Source: Opitutales bacterium
Lineage (GTDB): Bacteria; Verrucomicrobiota; Verrucomicrobiia; Opitutales; UBA9783
DNA length: 19,588 nucleotides
Assembly: GCA_046881885.1 (NCBI GenBank)
Contig: JBKSMP010000013.1
Location: forward strand, 1 to 19,588
Direction: 5' to 3'
Part shown: positions 15,661-19,588 of the stretch, in pieces
How positions within the stretch are numbered: the first letter of the stretch is position 1
Layout of the letters: each line of letters starts with the position of its first letter
The notes under the pieces: model-generated
What the model was told of the DNA's origin: nothing
The model's database searches: none
Seen by the model: the letters and a program-made list of their open reading frames with translations, nothing else
Program-made: the position numbers and the translations under genes

Positions 15661-15707
15661 AACTACAAAAACTAAGCTTGATGAGTAAAATGCTCATCAA
15701 GTTTAGT
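15661..15707 (-). terminator. Intrinsic terminator hairpin between the convergent fbaB and oxidoreductase genes
   Basis: A 15-bp stem pairs ACTAAGCTTGATGAG (15671-15685) with CTCATCAAGTTTAGT (15693-15707), with loop TAAAATG. On the minus-strand RNA the hairpin has one C.A mismatch and is followed by UUUUGUAGUU (15670->15661). On the plus-strand RNA the stem is intact with one G.U but is followed by an A-run, so there is no U-tail. The hairpin lies 18 nt from the oxidoreductase stop and 15 nt from the fbaB stop. Confidence 0.75.
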
Positions 15708-15725
15708 AAAAAAAATACAGGAATC

Positions 15726-17108
15726 CTATTTCAAACAGTGCAAATTAGCGATAGAAATGCCGCTAAGCAAAGCACCTACGATTCCTAAAAACCCTTGATC
15801 AGTTCCGCACAAATAAAGGTTTTCATACCCAAACGTTCCTAAACGACGCTTTTCCGGAAAACCATAAATAGCCCCATTAAAATGCTTTGTAAAGCGTTCT
15901 ATTGTTAATGGCGTAAAACTGTCTTGGGCGATACATGACGTCGGTTTTATACCTCCTAAAAGACGAAATGCACATTGCTGAGATTGTTCTAACGATACTT
16001 GTTTCTGCTTACGGTAAGCCTCTTGATCCAATTGTTTCCATGCAGAATAACTCGCTAAATGCGTCGTTCGCAAGGTTGTTCGAGCTATCGCTTGTTCTTC
16101 ACAATAATTTTCTGGAATGCAGATAACGCCACTCTTTAAATCCATAAACTCTTGCGTAGGACAATAATGCGCTTTATCCGATTGATTAAAAAACACAATC
16201 GTATTTTCCCAACCATAAGCTTGGGGCAACTGCTCAAACGTGGTAATTGTTTCTGCAAAACTTAATAATGGGGCCGCATAATTTTGCGATACTCCGCACA
16301 AGTTTAAAGTCTCACAATAACCAATCGATGAAATAATCTGATGCGCACGAACAACTTCTCCCGATTTTAACAATAAACTTTCCGCACGGTTATCTTTTGT
16401 AAGTATCGCCGCAACCTCTGTTTTCACACGTAATGTACCACCCCATTCGCGATAACGATCCCGTAAAAGCTTTAATAATGTTCGTACACCACCTTTAGGA
16501 CGTGCAAACCCCTCCTGATAAATTGCCTTAAATAAAATAACAAATTGGCGCCAATCAAGATCATTAACATGTGCACTACCGTAATAAAATAGGGGCAAAA
16601 GCAGCATTTCCTGTAAAAGTGGATCTTGAATAAATTGCTTTAAAACCTCCCTGGCAGAAACAAAAGCAGGTCCTGTTAATTCTGTTTCGGCGGTCGTATC
16701 AATGGCATGTATTAATTTCTGAAAACCTTCCCGTTCCTTTGGAAATTTGTCTTCAATCTGCGCCAATAACACATTAAAATCATTCGTAAATTTTAAGGTT
16801 AATTCCGGAAATTGTATCAAAGAACTTTTTTGTTCTGACAACTGTAGTGCTTCGTAAGGAATACGTAATTGACGGCACAATTTCGTCAATGGATGGCCTT
16901 TGGTTCCCGCTTTTACATAATTCGTAAGTGCATGCAAACCAACATCATATTTAATATCATCCTTCAAATAAAAACTGTTCAACCCACCTATTGCATTGTG
17001 CTGCTCAACAATAAGTACTTTTTTACCCGCTAAAGCTAGTCGTAATCCTGCACCTAAACCTGACATACCAGCACCAATAACTACAACATCCCAAAGCACT
17101 TCCTGCAT
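15726..17108 (-). CDS. FAD/NAD(P)-binding oxidoreductase, phytoene-desaturase-like (amine-oxidase fold) family
   Basis: 460 aa. The N-terminal dinucleotide-binding fold is DVVVIGAGMSGLGAGLRLALAGKKVLIVEQHNAIGG (GxGxxG plus an acidic residue ending beta-2, then GG). The length and the C-terminal GTDQGFLGIVGALLSG segment are typical of CrtI/COG1233-like flavoproteins. The substrate cannot be inferred. Confidence 0.75.
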   Translation of the reverse strand: MQEVLWDVVVIGAGMSGLGAGLRLALAGKKVLIVEQHNAIGGLNSFYLKDDIKYDVGLHALTNYVKAGTKGHPLTKLCRQLRIPYEALQLSEQKSSLIQFPELTLKFTNDFNVLLAQIEDKFPKEREGFQKLIHAIDTTAETELTGPAFVSAREVLKQFIQDPLLQEMLLLPLFYYGSAHVNDLDWRQFVILFKAIYQEGFARPKGGVRTLLKLLRDRYREWGGTLRVKTEVAAILTKDNRAESLLLKSGEVVRAHQIISSIGYCETLNLCGVSQNYAAPLLSFAETITTFEQLPQAYGWENTIVFFNQSDKAHYCPTQEFMDLKSGVICIPENYCEEQAIARTTLRTTHLASYSAWKQLDQEAYRKQKQVSLEQSQQCAFRLLGGIKPTSCIAQDSFTPLTIERFTKHFNGAIYGFPEKRRLGTFGYENLYLCGTDQGFLGIVGALLSGISIANLHCLK

Positions 17109-17111
17109 CTT

Positions 17112-19463
17112 TCAATCCTCCAAATAATGTTGCACAAGCGACGCATTTGGCAACTGAGCATCCACCATCCACGTATAAATTTGATGCGCCACATCTTTAT
17201 CTGAACTATATTGCGCTAAAACAAGCAAACACCGACTTAACCAATAAATTTCATTTACACTCAACGATAAAGCATCTCTTTCGCCAAAAAATGGATAGCA
17301 AGTATCCCATAAAACGTCTTGCAAAGCCTCTAAATTATTTTGATCTTTATAAACATAAGCTAACTGCAAAGCTATTTCAAGCCGCAAACCTATAGGCATC
17401 GTTTCTTTTAATAAAAACTCTAATTGATCTTGTATAACATTCAAACCTATTTTTTGAGATAACAAATTACATTTGATCATTAAAAATCGGCACCAAAGCG
17501 CTTGGTCCTGGTTTAATTCCGATAAAAGACTCTCAAAAATTGAATAAGCTAAATCATATTGTTTTACATTCAAAAGTAAAAGTCCTTGCTTCAAACGCGC
17601 CTCTTGAGCTAAAGGATGCTTTGGAAAATCTTCATAGACTGATTGTAAAATTTCAATAGCCTCCAATTGACCATCTAATCCACATTCTTCAGCATAATCA
17701 GCTGCCTGCAATTTAAAAAGTGGAATCCAATTATTATCACTCGTTTGTTGACAAGTACTTAACAATAACTGTTTCGCTTGCACAAAAGCGTGCTGCTTTG
17801 CACTTAATTGCGCACATAATAAAATAGCTTGAAAACGAATTTGTTGAGAAATTCTAATAGGTGCATTTTGAAACCAATCTAAATAATGTTGGGCTTCTTC
17901 ATCACGATCCATAAAACAAAGCACTTGCGCACTCCACAAATAATAATCCGCACATTCTTCCAAGGTTAAAAATCGTACAACTATCGTTTTTAGAATCTGT
18001 TCAGCCTTATCATACGCGTTAAGTTTTATCAGACATTTAGCACGTAACAATTTACTTGCTTCTTTTGTTGCTATGCTGCCCTTAAAACTTTCCAAATACT
18101 GCAACACATCTGCAAAATTTCCTAATTCAAACTGATGTTTAGCAAATAAAAAAGCCAATTGTTCTTCCTGCAATAAACTTAGCAAGCGATAAGATCGACA
18201 AAACTCCAATTGATGTTCTAATTCTTTTTGGCTTTCTTTGCATAAAATTCCACACAAACACCATTCATAAGCTATTTCTTGAGCCAAAAAATGCGTAGGC
18301 TCTTTAAAAAGCAATTCCTGATAAATGCAATAAGCACGATCATATTCTCCTAATAAAGTATACAATTCCGCCTGCAATTTTCCTAAAAAAAACAATTTAT
18401 TGGTATCTATTTCTAAAATTTTTGCTTCTTCTAAAAAATCAGCAGCACAACGATAATCGGGAGTCGCTTTAAAACACTCATTTTTTGCCAAAAGCTCGTA
18501 AATATAAGTCAAAAGAGTTTTATCAACTGTTTTTACTAACTGCAACAAATCTTTTTTAGCCTGTTCATATTGTCCCAATTCAATATAACAATTTGCCAAT
18601 AAAATCGACAGGTAATGACAATAAAATATGTTTTGCTTACGCTTATATAGCTTGTAAAAACGCTTTAATCCCTTTATACGCTGCTTCAAATCAGGAACTG
18701 AACGTAACCATTCGGAAAAAACAACATCCAATAACTGAAGGTTCGTAAAATTCTGCTTTAAAATCTTTAAGACCGCGTCATCAACAGCCTCATGCAATTC
18801 CGTTTTTACACGAAAAAACCAAAACAAATACTGACTCTGTATTTCTATGGTATTTTTTTTCTTTAAAACAGATTCCAATAAGACTTTAAGCTGCTCAAAA
18901 CGTTTTTGAGTAAATAAAATCGGAATATATGTTAATAAATTATCCTTAAAAAAAACTTCTTCATTAAAAACTCCCATTTGCCCAACTTTTATTTCAAGGG
19001 CTAAATGATATAAAAATTCGTACGTAGGCAAAGCAAGTGATTTACGTAAATCCCACCAAAAATTAGCCCATTTAGGCAATCCCACATGCGTATCAAGTAT
19101 TTTCAACCACCCTATTAAAACTTTAGATAAAACATCTTTAGGCTCAAACAAGGAGATCACACATCCTTTTTTTTCAATAAATTTTTGAAGAAATGCATAG
19201 GTTGCATAATTGTCTTCATTTAAAATAGTAAGCTGTAAGTACTGATAAGCCTCTCTAAAATCAGATCTTAAAAAAGCAATTTTAGCAAGCAAAGATCGAG
19301 CTTCTGCACCTTTCGGAAAAACATCAAAATAATGCTTTCGTAAGTTTGTTTCCGCCAAATTAATCAAATTAAAATCCAAAGCAATACGTTCTGCCGGAAA
19401 AAAATTTGAAGCAGCAAACCCCACATAAGGAATTAACAAGAGGCAAAACAACCTAAATACCAT
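17112..19463 (-). CDS. Secreted or membrane-anchored TPR-like all-helical repeat protein
   Basis: I trimmed the listed TTG 19502 start to ATG 19463 (783 aa). GGTGAG lies 9 nt upstream, and the product then begins with a signal-peptide-like MVFRLFCLLLIPYVGFAASNFF. The rest contains many degenerate TPR-like units: EAYQYLQLTIL, QYEQAKKDLLQLV, EYDRAYCIYQELLFKEP, AYDKAEQILKTIV, QYDLAYSIFESLLSE. The stop is 3 nt before the oxidoreductase ATG, so the two genes probably form an operon. Confidence 0.7.
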   Translation of the reverse strand: MVFRLFCLLLIPYVGFAASNFFPAERIALDFNLINLAETNLRKHYFDVFPKGAEARSLLAKIAFLRSDFREAYQYLQLTILNEDNYATYAFLQKFIEKKGCVISLFEPKDVLSKVLIGWLKILDTHVGLPKWANFWWDLRKSLALPTYEFLYHLALEIKVGQMGVFNEEVFFKDNLLTYIPILFTQKRFEQLKVLLESVLKKKNTIEIQSQYLFWFFRVKTELHEAVDDAVLKILKQNFTNLQLLDVVFSEWLRSVPDLKQRIKGLKRFYKLYKRKQNIFYCHYLSILLANCYIELGQYEQAKKDLLQLVKTVDKTLLTYIYELLAKNECFKATPDYRCAADFLEEAKILEIDTNKLFFLGKLQAELYTLLGEYDRAYCIYQELLFKEPTHFLAQEIAYEWCLCGILCKESQKELEHQLEFCRSYRLLSLLQEEQLAFLFAKHQFELGNFADVLQYLESFKGSIATKEASKLLRAKCLIKLNAYDKAEQILKTIVVRFLTLEECADYYLWSAQVLCFMDRDEEAQHYLDWFQNAPIRISQQIRFQAILLCAQLSAKQHAFVQAKQLLLSTCQQTSDNNWIPLFKLQAADYAEECGLDGQLEAIEILQSVYEDFPKHPLAQEARLKQGLLLLNVKQYDLAYSIFESLLSELNQDQALWCRFLMIKCNLLSQKIGLNVIQDQLEFLLKETMPIGLRLEIALQLAYVYKDQNNLEALQDVLWDTCYPFFGERDALSLSVNEIYWLSRCLLVLAQYSSDKDVAHQIYTWMVDAQLPNASLVQHYLED

Positions 19464-19588
19464 AGAAAGATACTCACCCAAAAGGGAGTCGAGGTCAAGC
19501 AAGAAGGGAGATAAAACGAGGGGGGCAGTGTGGAAGACATTTATAGAAGATACCTAGTCCAAAACAAAAAGAACCTGGCGAGACCTAC

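Noticed and set aside
14998-17395. ORFs 14998..15192 (-), 15935..16126 (+) and 17147..17395 (+)
   Set aside because: They are antisense shadows of fbaB, the oxidoreductase gene and the TPR-like gene.
19464-19502. TTG-initiated extension of the TPR-like ORF (796-aa version)
   Set aside because: ATG 19463 has GGTGAG 9 nt upstream and yields a clean signal-peptide-like N-terminus. The 13 extra residues (MLDLDSLLGEYLS) are acidic and would bury it.
19520-19525. A G6 homopolymer upstream of the TPR-like gene, considered as a phase-variation tract
   Set aside because: Six residues is short for slipped-strand switching, and its position relative to a promoter cannot be established.
19560-19588. 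Minus-strand GTAGGTCTCGCCAGGTTC followed by TTTTTGTTTT at the right edge, considered as the 3' half of a terminator for a gene beyond the window
   Set aside because: The complementary arm would lie outside the window and no internal pairing exists. It cannot be evaluated.
1-19588. A scan for CRISPR repeats, IS or transposon ends, integrase/transposase ORFs, long inverted or tandem repeats, and rRNA/tRNA genes
   Set aside because: Reading both strands by eye, I found nothing beyond the short repeats reported above. A computational repeat search could still find degenerate elements I missed.

Overview
This is a densely coding, AT-rich bacterial chromosomal window (GC not computed; by eye in the high 30s %). 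I can support about 17 protein genes, three sigma70-like promoter candidates and two intrinsic terminators. I see no rRNA, tRNA, CRISPR array, transposase/integrase or long repeat.

Gene order, left to right:
- a partial unknown gene (-), not in the supplied track
- a 486-nt divergent intergenic region containing a GC-richer island with short direct repeats
- leuS, lpxI and a HAD-like gene (+), translationally coupled through ATGA and TAATG overlaps
- uvdE (-)
- glgB and glgP (-), with an ATGA overlap
- two orphan ORFs of no recognisable family (-)
- rpsP, trmD and rplS (+), ending in a strong terminator
- an orphan prepilin-type protein (-), divergent from a small FliO-like membrane protein that runs straight into the class I aldolase fbaB (+)
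- a long hairpin shared by the convergent genes
- a secreted TPR-like protein plus an FAD-dependent oxidoreductase (-)

Several traits recall chlamydia-like/PVC bacteria: rpsP-trmD-rplS without rimM, an FbaB/DhnA-type aldolase, glycogen genes, and a LeuRS lacking the E. coli zinc-knuckle cysteines. That is inference from memory, not a search result.

The housekeeping calls are secure. No known defence, toxin or mobile system is recognisable. The pieces worth a second look are:
- the orphan FliO-like gene and the neighbouring orphan prepilin gene (13.46-14.56 kb)
- the AT-richer two-gene orphan module (10.7-11.75 kb), which has a start-codon/frame anomaly
- the leuS-lpxI-HAD coupling
- the repeat-bearing island and the duplicated SD-containing octamer upstream of leuS
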